In this document: piece by piece, positions 36,838 through 47,535 of the stretch
Numbering within the stretch: position 1 is the stretch's first letter
Layout of the letters: each line of letters starts with the position of its first letter
Made by a program: the position numbers and the translations under genes
Source: an uncultured Methanosarcinaceae archaeon
GTDB lineage: Archaea; Halobacteriota; Methanosarcinia; Methanosarcinales; Methanosarcinaceae
Direction of reading: 5' to 3'
Assembly (NCBI GenBank): GCA_963847185.1
Contig: CAWJYV010000010.1
Span: forward strand, 448,001-512,000
DNA: 64,000 bases
Notes under the pieces: model-generated
What the model was told of the DNA's origin: nothing
The model's database searches: none
Seen by the model: the letters and a program-made list of their open reading frames with translations, nothing else

Positions 36838-37348
36838 CTCGATTAATTATCTAAAATTTCCAGGGATTTTCTTTAAGCTTCAAAGTGCTTTTTATAACTA
36901 TGTTTGAAGATGCATTTTAATTTAATGAATTATATAAATTTTTGGTCGTGCACTATTAGTTGATTGATGTTATTTTCCAAAACACTTTTAGTATCGCATC
37001 ATACCTTTTTTGCAATTTAGTAAGGTGATTCAGTGAGGTTATAGTAGACGTGCTTTGATGCACAAAACATAAGTGTTTCTACCATTGGAAAATTAATCAT
37101 GAAAACATCAACCATATAATGAGGGAAGACCCGATTTTTGGATTTAAATATATGAAAATTAGAACTTAAAAAGAAATTAAGGAAACGTTATTAAGAAAAT
37201 AGGAGTTTTTCTCCAGAGCCTGGAACTAATAACTGAGTAACAGTGACATATTCACAGCATGGAGTTTATGCGATTTTCCGCCATAACAATATACTTATTA
37301 CAGCCGGAATACCTTGAATCTACAACAGCGCATTACTGTATAACACAA

Positions 37349-37741
37349 TTAAAGCTGATCATTAGTTCTTCCTGCACAGCTAATATCTGGTCTCCAGCCT
37401 TCAGCTTCCAATGCTTCCAGTACTGTGTAAACTCTTCGATCTGTAGTTCCGCTTAGTTCTGCGATCTCATCTATGACTGCTTTAGGGATTACTCCATCGT
37501 TCCCTACGTTACGCTGGATCAGCATTGAAGCTATTATGTTAAATGTTTTTTTAGCCCCATTAAATTCGTTGATCTTGCTGTCATCATTTGCTGAGAAATT
37601 TAGAAATTCTCTTGCAAATTGTTTTGATGTGTCGCTAACTGTCACTCCCTTCTCTGGTGTCCATTCCAAAAAATCTAGTTTGCATGATTCCAACTCTGCA
37701 AAATAGACTTCATCATTTTGATCTCCCATAACGTATACCAA
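37349..37741 (-). CDS. Hypothetical protein with C-terminal winged-HTH
   Basis: IDEIAELSGTTDRRVYTVLEALEAEGW HTH-like segment; GGGAGT RBS-like sequence upstream. Confidence 0.6.
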   Translation of the reverse strand: MVYVMGDQNDEVYFAELESCKLDFLEWTPEKGVTVSDTSKQFAREFLNFSANDDSKINEFNGAKKTFNIIASMLIQRNVGNDGVIPKAVIDEIAELSGTTDRRVYTVLEALEAEGWRPDISCAGRTNDQL

Positions 37742-38235
37742 CTCCCTAAATCAGGATTTCTGTTTCACCGTATTTCCTTTGTACTTATTGGGTGTCTGAG
37801 TAAAAGGACTTTTCGATGGAGGATTCTAGCGAAAATATATTAAAAACGTAGTTTGTGGTTCGATATTCAAATTACGATGGAAGAAACATATTCATTTTCC
37901 AAATTGGGAACCATTGAAATCTATTTCGATATTTTGAGAAATTCAATTTATAATTTCCGGGGCTGTGAAGATCTCTTAGGGCTCTTTTCCTATTCCTGCT
38001 ATGAAGTATTTCATTGTTCGCAGGTAACAACTTTCGTTTTTGGGAGAGGGTATTAAGCATCATCCATTTCATTATAAAAGGTCCTTATTCAATTCGTCAA
38101 AGACCACAAAACTCCCTCAATAGAATATTATGCATATCAATAAAATACTTTTAAATATAATATCTGCCCGGCAATTTTAAACTGATTAACTATTCCATGA
38201 ACCCCAATTCAATAGAAATTGCCAGGAGATATTTA

Positions 38236-40158
38236 ATGCAGTACAGTATGGGTATTGACGCAGGAGGAACATACACCGATTCGATCATCATTCGGGATTC
38301 CGATGGCAAAGTGACGGATTCGAATAAGGCGCTTACTACCTATCCTGACCTTCTTGAGGGAATTCGAAATTCCATAGACGGGCTGGATGGGAAATATTTA
38401 AAAGACGTAAAAATGGTTTCCGTTTCTACAACTCTTGCTACAAATACCATCCTCGAAAAAAATGGCTACCCTGTGGGGCTAATCCTCGTAGGGGATTATG
38501 AAATTCCTGAACAGATGCGTGTTGAATTCCATTCTATAGTGAAGGGAGGACACGATCATCACGGAGCTGAACTCGTTCCGCTTGATATGGACACAGTGGA
38601 AGCTTTTGTCCGGAAGGTAAAGGATAACGTTTCAGCTTTTGCGGTTTCTTCATATTTTAGCATCCGAAACCCTGCCCATGAACTGGCAATCAAAGCTCGA
38701 ATTCAGGAGCTAACAGGGCTGCCTGCTGTTTGCGGACATGAACTATCCCTTGACCTTGGAGCTTACGAGAGGGGGATTACAGCCTACCTGAATGCCCAGC
38801 TTATCCCCATTGCACACCAGTTTATCCTTTCAATAAAAGAAGAAATTTCCAGGCGGGGAATGGACTCAAGGCTGCTCATGCTCAAATGCGACGGTTCGGT
38901 TGTAGGAATTAATGAAGCCCTGGAAAAACCTATAGAATCCATCTTTTCCGGGCCTGCAGCAAGCCTTGTAGGAGCTTCATACCTCTCGGAACTTGAAACC
39001 TGTGCAGTCATTGACGTGGGTGGAACAAGCACTGACGTGTCCATGCTTGAAAGCGGACTTCCTGAACTCTGTGCAGAGGGAGCTGTTGTTGGAGGGTGGC
39101 AGACAAAGGTTAAAGCCATCCAGATGGAAACATCGGCAATGGGAGGAGACAGCCACATCTGGGTCAGAAACATGAAAATAAATATAGGCCCAAGAAGAGT
39201 CATTCCTCTCTGTGTTGCAGCGGTTAAATATCCTGGTTTTCTCGAAGCTCTGAAAAAGGGAAGAATTCCTGCAGCCATGCATCTTGAAGAAAACGTACAG
39301 CCTACTAAGTTTTTCATAAGGACAGGGGCTGAAGCTTCGGACCTTGGAAAAATGGAACAGGAACTCTTTGATAGAATAGGAGATTTCCCTACTTCTTTAA
39401 ACGATATTTTCTGGGAAACTCAGAAAACGATTTATCCTGGCCTGCTGGATCCGCTGATAAGAAAACGCCTGATCCAGGCGATCGGTTTTACTCCTACTGA
39501 TGCCCTGCACGTGCTTGGGGAATATACTTCCTGGGATAGAGAAGCCTCAAAGGTAGGAGCAAAGCTTCTTGAACGCTATACCCAGACAGACCACATAAAA
39601 CTCTGCAAGCAGATAAAACAGGACGTTGCAAGGAATATGGCCTTAAATCTTATGTCCTTTGTCTTGAAAGACGTTCCTTCCCAGGAGATTGAAAAGATCC
39701 TGCTGTCCGACAGGTTCACACAGTTCAGGATGAAAATTCCTGTAGTTCTGATAGGAGGTCCTGTAGTTGCATATACTGAGGAGCTAAAGCAGATTCTTGA
39801 CGCCGACATTATAGTCCCTGAATATGCTGAAGTAGGAAATGCAGTCGGTGCAGTTGTCGGCAAGGGGATAAAAAGAATTGAAATCCTAATTAAAAGCACC
39901 TATACAAAGGACAGAAAAAGGCTTGTTCTTCTGTTTTCACCTCAGGGGAGAGAGACATTCGGAACTTATCCTGAAGCCCTGGAATATGCAGAAACTCTTG
40001 GGAGAAAATTAGTTATGGAATATATGAATGAAGCTGGCCTGGACAAAGGAGATGTCCAGATCGAAGTCACCAAAAAAGATATCTCTCTAAGTGAAGCAGG
40101 AGCAATACCTGTTGAAACAAAGTTAGTTTTTGTTGGAGTTGGAATGCCAAAAGTTTGA
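38236..40158 (+). CDS. Hydantoinase/oxoprolinase family protein (HyuA-like)
   Basis: GIDAGGTYTD, STTLATN, SGPAAS, DVGGTSTD, TPTDAL, VGNAVGA; AGGAGA RBS before ATG 38236. Confidence 0.93.
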   Translation: MQYSMGIDAGGTYTDSIIIRDSDGKVTDSNKALTTYPDLLEGIRNSIDGLDGKYLKDVKMVSVSTTLATNTILEKNGYPVGLILVGDYEIPEQMRVEFHSIVKGGHDHHGAELVPLDMDTVEAFVRKVKDNVSAFAVSSYFSIRNPAHELAIKARIQELTGLPAVCGHELSLDLGAYERGITAYLNAQLIPIAHQFILSIKEEISRRGMDSRLLMLKCDGSVVGINEALEKPIESIFSGPAASLVGASYLSELETCAVIDVGGTSTDVSMLESGLPELCAEGAVVGGWQTKVKAIQMETSAMGGDSHIWVRNMKINIGPRRVIPLCVAAVKYPGFLEALKKGRIPAAMHLEENVQPTKFFIRTGAEASDLGKMEQELFDRIGDFPTSLNDIFWETQKTIYPGLLDPLIRKRLIQAIGFTPTDALHVLGEYTSWDREASKVGAKLLERYTQTDHIKLCKQIKQDVARNMALNLMSFVLKDVPSQEIEKILLSDRFTQFRMKIPVVLIGGPVVAYTEELKQILDADIIVPEYAEVGNAVGAVVGKGIKRIEILIKSTYTKDRKRLVLLFSPQGRETFGTYPEALEYAETLGRKLVMEYMNEAGLDKGDVQIEVTKKDISLSEAGAIPVETKLVFVGVGMPKV

Positions 40159-40465
40159 GTTCCGGAAATCTCCCGGAACATTTATATTTACCCCCAATAG
40201 TGCAAATAATGTAATTGCCGAATTAAAAGTTTGTTCTTAAATCTCGTGCCTTACTTCTGGACAGATATTTGTTTCTAAGATTATAGAGCTCTGATTCTGA
40301 AAAAAGGACTCCAAGGAAGCTGAATATGAGTTAATATCCTGATTTTATTCTCTTGATTCCTGCGATCAGATATCAGTACTTAAGAAAAATGGCGTCAATG
40401 AGAAAGCATTAGAAACAGTGCGATCCAGATAATTCCCAGGCATCGGGAAATATAAATGGAGATAT

Positions 40466-40555
40466 AAAAATGGCATGTAATCCAAAAACGGCATGTAATC
40501 CAAAAATGGCGTATAATCAAGAAGCCGCGAATAATCCAGAAATGGCATATCATCT
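40466..40555. repeat. 18-bp in-frame tandem repeat x5 covering the start codon
   Basis: AAAAATGGCATGTAATCC-type units encoding MACNPK/TACNPK/MAYNQE/AANNPE/MAYHLG. Confidence 0.85.
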
Positions 40556-42587
40556 TGGCATTGACGCAGGTGGAACTTATACTGATTCGGTTTTAGTCCG
40601 GAAACCGGATGGAAAAGTCATATGCTCAAACAAGGCACTCACAAGTTATCCTGATCCTCTGGAGGGGATAAAGAAATCAATTGACGGACTTGATCAGGAA
40701 AAACTAAAATCCGTGACTGTAGTTTCGGTTTCAACTACTCTTGCCACCAATACCATCCTTGAAAAAACAGGGTATCCTGTTGGGTTAATTTTTATAGGAG
40801 ATTACGAAATCCCTGCGGATTCGGGAATTGAAAATTATATCATGGTAGAGGGAGGACATGACAGCAACGGAGATGAAATAGCTCCTCTTGACATTTCAGG
40901 AATAGAGAAATTCATACTTGGAATTAAAGACAGAGTTTCAGCTTTTGCAGTCTCTTCCTATTTCAGTGTGCGAAACCCGGAGCATGAACTGTGCGTAAAA
41001 ACTCTCATTCAGGAACTTACAGGGATGCCTGTTGTCTGCGGACATGAGCTGGCGCAGTCTCTCGGAGCTTATGAAAGGGGAGTTACAGCTTATCTCAATG
41101 CCCAGCTTCTGCCTGTAGCAGAGGGTTTTTTAAAGACAGTAGTAAGCGAAATAGAAAACATAGGGTTGAGCCCGAGAATTGCTATGCTTCGCTGCGATGG
41201 GTCTGTAGTAAGCATGCATGAAGCCATGAAAAGACCTATCGAATCTGTCTTTTCAGGCCCGGCAGCAAGCCTTCTTGGGGCTGCTTATCTTTCAGGATAT
41301 GAGACCTGCACAGTTATTGACGTTGGAGGGACAAGTACGGATGTATCCTTAATCCAGAATGGGCTTCCTCACCTTAGCGAAACGGGAGCAGTTGTGGGCG
41401 GCTGGCAAACCAAAGTTAGAGCACTGCGAATGGAGACCTCAGCCATGGGAGGAGATAGTCACGTCTGGGTCCAGAACGGAAACACGAACATAGGACCCCG
41501 ACGGGTCATTCCGCTTTGCAGGGCAGCAATTCTCTACCCAGGCTTTATGGACACCCTGAAAAAACGCTGGATTCCGGACAGGCTCAAGTTGAACGAGCAT
41601 ATACAGGCAACAAAATTTTTTGTCCGGACAGAGCAGAAGCCTGTCAATTTGAACCGGGAAGAAAAAGAGCTCCTTGCCCTTATAAAGAATGAGCCTCTTT
41701 CCCTCAAAGATGTTTACTGGGACAAAAATATCCTTCCTTCGAGGAAAGTAATGGACTCTCTAATTCTGAAGCGGCTTGTCCAGGCAATCGGTTTTACCCC
41801 TACTGATGCCCTGCACGTGCTCGGCGAATATTCGGAATGGGATGCCAAGGCCTCGGAAATCGGAGCTACTTTGCTTGCAAACTTTATAGGGACCAATAAA
41901 CACGAGTTCTGTCTAAACGTGAAGAGGCTTTTTGCCAGAAACATGGCCAGAGATCTTCTTGCATTTTTGATGGAAGGTGTGGACAGAGCAGAAATTGAAA
42001 AAATGCTTGAAGGAAATTTCTTTTCCCGCTTTAAAATTGATATTCCTGTTGTCCTGCTTGGAGGCCCTGTAGTCGCATATGTAAATGAACTGAAGAAGCT
42101 GGTAGATGCCGAAATTGTTGTCCCGGAATATTCTGATGTCGGAAACGCGGTCGGATCTCTTGCAGGAAAAGGTAGCAAGCGCGTTGAGATAACAGTTCGC
42201 ACACTTTATAGCGAGTCAAAATATGACCTTAAGACAAAAGGTATTTTTGTATACACGCCTGCAGGAAGGAGGCATTTCGTAATCAGAGATGAAGCGATGA
42301 ATTTTGTTGAGGAGTTCGGAAAGGAGTTAATTCTTGATTACATGGCAGAATCCGGACTTTCCCCAAACCAGGTTATAATTAATGTAGAAAAAAAAGAAAT
42401 AATAACCCATGCTGGTGAAATTCCCATAGAGACCAGACTTATCTTTGAGGGAATTGCAAATTCCGATGTCTATGAAAAAGCCCTATCTGGATCGAATAAA
42501 AACGATGAAGGCTCTAAAAAGTTAACAGAGCAGGCTCATTCTCTGGATTCCAATTCTCATTGGGGAACTTCTGCCTCTGAAAATTAG
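40470..42587 (+). CDS. Hydantoinase/oxoprolinase family protein (tandem paralogue)
   Basis: Same motifs as 38236-40158 and colinear along its length. Confidence 0.93.
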   Translation: MACNPKTACNPKMAYNQEAANNPEMAYHLGIDAGGTYTDSVLVRKPDGKVICSNKALTSYPDPLEGIKKSIDGLDQEKLKSVTVVSVSTTLATNTILEKTGYPVGLIFIGDYEIPADSGIENYIMVEGGHDSNGDEIAPLDISGIEKFILGIKDRVSAFAVSSYFSVRNPEHELCVKTLIQELTGMPVVCGHELAQSLGAYERGVTAYLNAQLLPVAEGFLKTVVSEIENIGLSPRIAMLRCDGSVVSMHEAMKRPIESVFSGPAASLLGAAYLSGYETCTVIDVGGTSTDVSLIQNGLPHLSETGAVVGGWQTKVRALRMETSAMGGDSHVWVQNGNTNIGPRRVIPLCRAAILYPGFMDTLKKRWIPDRLKLNEHIQATKFFVRTEQKPVNLNREEKELLALIKNEPLSLKDVYWDKNILPSRKVMDSLILKRLVQAIGFTPTDALHVLGEYSEWDAKASEIGATLLANFIGTNKHEFCLNVKRLFARNMARDLLAFLMEGVDRAEIEKMLEGNFFSRFKIDIPVVLLGGPVVAYVNELKKLVDAEIVVPEYSDVGNAVGSLAGKGSKRVEITVRTLYSESKYDLKTKGIFVYTPAGRRHFVIRDEAMNFVEEFGKELILDYMAESGLSPNQVIINVEKKEIITHAGEIPIETRLIFEGIANSDVYEKALSGSNKNDEGSKKLTEQAHSLDSNSHWGTSASEN

Positions 42588-42753
42588 GAGTGAAAAGGAT
42601 AAAGTTCATAACTTTGCTGTACGTTTCAAACATTGAAGAAGGACTATCAGCTCAATAGTTCAGTTTACTACTGTAGAAAAGTTTTAAATTATTTGCGTGT
42701 ATAGTGCTTGCTCATACAACCCACAGCAAATTATAGTACACTAAGGAGTTAAC

Positions 42754-43305
42754 ATGATCCCAAGAAAAGCATTTTTGACAAAGGGTACCGGGGTACACAA
42801 GGATAGATTAGCATCATTTGAACTTGCACTAAGAGCTGCGAGAATAGAGAAATACAACCTTGTAAGTGTTTCAAGTATTTTACCCCCCAATTGTAAACTC
42901 GTACCCAAAGAAGAAGGACTCATGGAGCTGAAGCCTGGTGCCATTGTCCATTGTGTACTCGCCAGGAATGATACAAACGAACCTCATCGTTTGATGGCTT
43001 CAGCTATAGGAACCGCTGTTCCTGTAAATGAAGAGAACTATGGCTACATTTCTGAACACCACTCTTTCGGAGAAGAAGAAATTATTGCAGGAGAATATGC
43101 CGAGGACCTGGCAGCAACTATGCTTGCAACGACTCTGGGCATAGAGTTTGATGCTGAAATGGCCTGGCATGAGAGAGAGCAGGTATACAAAGCAAGCGGG
43201 CATATTTTTGACAGTTTCCACATCTGTCAGACTGCAAAAGGAGACAAAGACGGTAGATGGACCACTGTTGTAGCTGCTATGGTCTTTGTAACAAAGCCAG
43301 ATTAA
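42754..43305 (+). CDS. pdaD: Pyruvoyl-dependent arginine decarboxylase
   Basis: LASFELALR.A.IE.YNLV.VSSILP (Ser-Ser autocleavage site), YGYISEHH. Confidence 0.95.
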   Translation: MIPRKAFLTKGTGVHKDRLASFELALRAARIEKYNLVSVSSILPPNCKLVPKEEGLMELKPGAIVHCVLARNDTNEPHRLMASAIGTAVPVNEENYGYISEHHSFGEEEIIAGEYAEDLAATMLATTLGIEFDAEMAWHEREQVYKASGHIFDSFHICQTAKGDKDGRWTTVVAAMVFVTKPD

Positions 43306-43410
43306 TAATGAATAACGAAAAATGTAAAAATTGGATTTATGGTAAATTTAGAGCAATAGATTAAAAATAATGAAAAGAACTGTTTTTAAATTGAAATCAG
43401 GGGAAGAAAA

Positions 43411-44388
43411 TTAGAGCTTCCCCCTCCTCATTGAGATGTAAGGCTGGAAGAATCTGTTCCAGACATCCCGAAAGTATTCTTTTGAATTATTTGGCCACGT
43501 GGGAGTACTGTAGCCGACTATTACAGCTCCTGCAAGAATGAAGATGCAACCTTCTATTGTATTTGACTGGAGAGGTTCTCCAAGAAGCAAACAGCAGAGG
43601 AAGATGCTGCTTACTGGCTCAAGAAGAGAGATAACAGCTGCGGTCTGTGCCTTTATACGCGCTACTCCTCTAAGATACAGAAGCGAGGCAAAAGCAGTTG
43701 CAATAACACCTAAAGGTATGAGAATATTCAGGTTTTCAAGCAGTACTGGCCCGGATACCGAAATCCCGAAAGGCAGGAGAAGAACGAGGCTTACTGATGT
43801 TGACCAGAACATCTGTTCTACGGCTGAATAAAGTTCCTTAAGGTAATTAACTACCATGATCGAACAGCCATACGAAAGCCCCGAAAGTAGCCCAAAAAGA
43901 AGTCCTGTGGAATAACCTCCATTCCCTCCTGAAAAAATAATCTCCATAATATTAGAAGGGCTTACTGCAAGAAGTATACCTGAAACAGAAAGAGTAAGTG
44001 CAAGCATATCTCGAAGGGTTACATGTTCTTTCAAAAGGAAAGGAGAAAAAAAAGTCACATATATAGGGGCTGTGTACATGAGAAGTACGGAGACAGAGAT
44101 GCCAATGTTTTTGATTGCGGAAAAATAAGCAAGCATTGTTATTGTATTTAGAACGCCAAGTAAAAGTACGTAATACTTTTTTTGATTAAGTTTAATATCT
44201 TTAATTCCTTTAAATATTACGAAATACCCCAGAATCACTGCAAAACCGAAGTAAAGCCGGTAAAATAAGATAGAACCTGCCCCCATATCCTTAATTTCCC
44301 TTACAAAAATCCCTATCATCCCGAAGAGGATGCATGAGGCAGTGACTGCAGTAATTGGGTTACTATTTTCTTTTAAGTTTTGAGGCAT
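43411..44388 (-). CDS. DMT/EamA family transporter
   Basis: Two EamA repeats; LLMYTAPI, SLLEPV, LLGE. Confidence 0.92.
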   Translation of the reverse strand: MPQNLKENSNPITAVTASCILFGMIGIFVREIKDMGAGSILFYRLYFGFAVILGYFVIFKGIKDIKLNQKKYYVLLLGVLNTITMLAYFSAIKNIGISVSVLLMYTAPIYVTFFSPFLLKEHVTLRDMLALTLSVSGILLAVSPSNIMEIIFSGGNGGYSTGLLFGLLSGLSYGCSIMVVNYLKELYSAVEQMFWSTSVSLVLLLPFGISVSGPVLLENLNILIPLGVIATAFASLLYLRGVARIKAQTAAVISLLEPVSSIFLCCLLLGEPLQSNTIEGCIFILAGAVIVGYSTPTWPNNSKEYFRDVWNRFFQPYISMRRGKL

Positions 44389-44567
44389 ACTTGAAGAATG
44401 AATAATCGGGACAGAATATAAAACTATCTAAAATAATTTACAAGATATTTTATACAAAAATTAATATTTAATTTTTAAAAAGTTCTTTATAATGGAAACA
44501 ATTTATGTAAAGATTAAGCTCTACATTTTTCTATGTCGGTGGACTCGAAATTGCTTCAATTACTTAA

Positions 44568-46787
44568 TCAATTTGCGGGCGAATCAATTAACTGAACTTT
44601 TTGAATTGCTATACTCAACTCCCTTGTATCATTACTTTTTATCTCCTGAGAGTCACTTTGTTTTTCTGTGCCTTCAGGTACATGGAAAAGAATGGTATTT
44701 TTTCCCTGTTTTAAGGTGATTGGAATATTTACTGGGCTTAAACTGGTGTTGATAATTTGTTTACTCTGAAGAGTTTTACCATTATAAACCTCCAGTGTTT
44801 TTGGAGAATGGAAGCTGCATGCCTCGAATTTTAATGCTACATCTTCAGTACCACCTGAATAAATCAATATTGTAGCATTATTTGAAATCCTTCTTGCTGT
44901 TGTGCCATTCAAATTCTCCCTATTATTCCATCCATTACCTAAAAGCATAAAGGGACGAACTGTCTGGTCTGGAACACGATAAACAATGAGTCCGTCTTCG
45001 GCATATATTTCCGGTTCAGTTTTAAGTGTCTTTTTCAATAAATCATTCACAAAATCTAACTGAGTACTTGATAACTGATTTTTGTGGATAACAACATACC
45101 TTATATTATTGGCATTTAGAACTGAAGCACCTATATCAGTAACATCTTCTTGTAAAATATCTTTATTTTGTAGAGAATAGTATTTTAATTCTCTAATAAG
45201 TGGGGTTTCTTTTTGAAAATTGTTGACATTAGCTGGATATCTCGCTGCATATCCACCGACAAGAGGTTTATTATGGACTGTTTGATAGTACAAATACTGA
45301 AACTCCATATATCCTGCATTAGCGCTTTGCGGAATTTCAAGCAACGCATAGTTATCAGTATCATTACCAATTTTAGAGTAAAAATCAGGAACATTTACCG
45401 GTGCAGTTGGGTATGGAATACACATGTATTCAAAAATTATCAGAAGACCAACTATTGCAAAGATGAGTTTTTTTCTTTCTGGCTTATACTTAAGTAATTC
45501 CGACAAACCATATCCTGCAAGGACGGAGTAGCCAAGTGCTGCAATAACAAAAAACCTGCCAACTGTCCTGCAATTTTTCAGGAAGGGAACTGTATTGTAT
45601 AGTAGCTGATATGGAAGTGGTATTTTCAGATTTAAGTCAGTGAAGGAATACACTCCATTAAAATGTAATATGGGTCCCAAACTAATTATTGTAAAGAAAA
45701 ATGTAGATACTAACCAGAACTTTATGTCAGGATTTTTCCTTGATTTCAGGAATGAAAGGGCTGAAAGTCCCAGAACGATGTATCCGATAAAGTTTACTTT
45801 TTCAGCAAACCAGCTTGGTATGTTTGAATATAAATCCAGTGTAAATTGGCCAAATAACGGATGCAAATGAGAAGGGAGGAAAAAGCTCATCAAATCATTT
45901 GATAATTTCGGAATCTCGTTAGCACTTGGTTTTAAGAAGTTTTGATTTGAAAGGGCAATAAGTATTTCGTTGATGGTTAAAGGTAATACTCCGAGAAAAG
46001 TGACCCCGCCAAAGAAAAAATATTTTTTAACTATTTCTTTTACAGAATAAGTAAAGTTTTTCTCGGAACTGAGAGTCATGTAAAAGTCATATAAAAATAC
46101 TAATCCTGTAAAGATTCCCATAAAAATCAGATACTGCAGGTCGCTCATAGCTACCAGAATAAAAAATATTCCTGCAAGGATCGGATTTTTTATTCCTCCC
46201 TCTTTAACTGTTTTCATAAGAAACAGAGCACAAAAGGGGATCCACTGAACTGTTCCTGCTCCGAAAAAGTATAGTCCTCTGGAAAAGTGGTATGGTGAAA
46301 ATGCAAATATAATTCCTGCAATGAAGGCAGCATATTTATTATCCGTAAGATATTTTACCAGCAAATACGAACCGATAGCTCCTATTATGAAAGTTAAGAG
46401 CCATAATATCGTGTATATGACATGCAGTTCTAAAAAGGGAGACAGCAGTACGTAAGAGATTTGATTAAATGCGGATGGAAACGGCATTGACTCTATTCCA
46501 TTCGGATAAAAAAGTAGATGATCATGTGTAAAAGCTGCTAAATCTGCTTCCTGTATTGCTGTTTTTGTGTACCATAAGATTCTCATCCATTGATATGAAT
46601 CCGCACCCATTCCGGGAATACTTGTTTTTATCTTGAATAAGACAGGATAAGTAAGAATAGCCGTCAAAAAAGTATATAATATGCTCACTAAAGAATATTC
46701 CTGTAGACTGCTAAAATGCTTATCTATAAAACTTCGGTTTTTTTCTATGTTAGCCGTTTTTTTTATTTTCACGAAGTTGTCTCCCAA
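44568..46787 (-). CDS. Multi-TM putative GT-C glycosyltransferase (YfhO-like) with extracellular C-terminal domain
   Basis: Early loop GADSYQ, LLFYP.G, AGIIFAFSPYH, R..GRF, YYQTVHNKPLVGGY, IRYVVIH; many TM segments. Confidence 0.75.
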   Translation of the reverse strand: MGDNFVKIKKTANIEKNRSFIDKHFSSLQEYSLVSILYTFLTAILTYPVLFKIKTSIPGMGADSYQWMRILWYTKTAIQEADLAAFTHDHLLFYPNGIESMPFPSAFNQISYVLLSPFLELHVIYTILWLLTFIIGAIGSYLLVKYLTDNKYAAFIAGIIFAFSPYHFSRGLYFFGAGTVQWIPFCALFLMKTVKEGGIKNPILAGIFFILVAMSDLQYLIFMGIFTGLVFLYDFYMTLSSEKNFTYSVKEIVKKYFFFGGVTFLGVLPLTINEILIALSNQNFLKPSANEIPKLSNDLMSFFLPSHLHPLFGQFTLDLYSNIPSWFAEKVNFIGYIVLGLSALSFLKSRKNPDIKFWLVSTFFFTIISLGPILHFNGVYSFTDLNLKIPLPYQLLYNTVPFLKNCRTVGRFFVIAALGYSVLAGYGLSELLKYKPERKKLIFAIVGLLIIFEYMCIPYPTAPVNVPDFYSKIGNDTDNYALLEIPQSANAGYMEFQYLYYQTVHNKPLVGGYAARYPANVNNFQKETPLIRELKYYSLQNKDILQEDVTDIGASVLNANNIRYVVIHKNQLSSTQLDFVNDLLKKTLKTEPEIYAEDGLIVYRVPDQTVRPFMLLGNGWNNRENLNGTTARRISNNATILIYSGGTEDVALKFEACSFHSPKTLEVYNGKTLQSKQIINTSLSPVNIPITLKQGKNTILFHVPEGTEKQSDSQEIKSNDTRELSIAIQKVQLIDSPAN

Positions 46788-46805
46788 TTTCCAGAGTATT
46801 TTTAG

Positions 46806-46870
46806 TTTTATTTTATTTTATTTTATTTTATTTTATTGTATTTTATTGTATTTTGTTTTATTTTGTTTTA
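46806..46870. repeat. Pentanucleotide microsatellite (TTTTA/TTGTA/TTTTG) x13
   Basis: Uninterrupted 5-bp periodicity between two genes of the glycosylation cassette. Confidence 0.9.
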
Positions 46871-46893
46871 TTTTTAAAATAAACATTAGCTGC

Positions 46894-47478
46894 TTATTTT
46901 TTGCATAGAACCATAGTCCAGGGAAACGGCTTTCGGACTTCCAGCACCTCGAAATAGGTTTCGATTAAACTCACGAACTTTCCTGAACTCCAGTTCTGAA
47001 CATGTTCAAGATCATTTCCAAAACGTGTCAAATTTTTACCCCGCAAGAAATTCATTGCGCGGAAATAAGGTTCATTAGGCACACTGAGAATACAGTAATT
47101 TTTAGTTATTCGTTTGATTTCCTGAAGGGCTAGATCCGGTTTTTCAAGGTGTTCCAGCACTTCTGTTGCTATAACAAGGTCGAAACTCCTTTCTTTAAAA
47201 GAAATATCATAAATACTCCCTGAGCATAGATTACATCCTGGGTTTTTTTCCTTTGCAACTCTTAGAGCATTCCTTGAGATATCAACGCCTGTGATATGAG
47301 GGAAATCAAGACAGTTAATAACAAACCCTTCTCCACAGCCTATATCAATAACATTATTTATATTTTCTAACGGGGCTACAGTTTCTTTCAGATTTTTCAT
47401 GAAATTAGATATAACTATACCCATAAGCGGATTTTTAGAATTGTATTTTTTGTAATTTCGACTCTGATTCCGGTTCAT
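46894..47478 (-). CDS. Class I SAM-dependent methyltransferase
   Basis: IDIGCGEG, GVDIS, FDLVIATEVLEHL, SVPNEP. Confidence 0.92.
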   Translation of the reverse strand: MNRNQSRNYKKYNSKNPLMGIVISNFMKNLKETVAPLENINNVIDIGCGEGFVINCLDFPHITGVDISRNALRVAKEKNPGCNLCSGSIYDISFKERSFDLVIATEVLEHLEKPDLALQEIKRITKNYCILSVPNEPYFRAMNFLRGKNLTRFGNDLEHVQNWSSGKFVSLIETYFEVLEVRKPFPWTMVLCKK

Positions 47479-47535
47479 TTAAGCCCCACCTTTTTATAAC
47501 AGTTATACAACGATTCTACCTGTATTATAGAAATT

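Noticed and set aside
37872-38072. 66-aa ORF upstream of the wHTH gene
   Set aside because: No RBS or motif and unnatural composition; at most part of decayed sequence.
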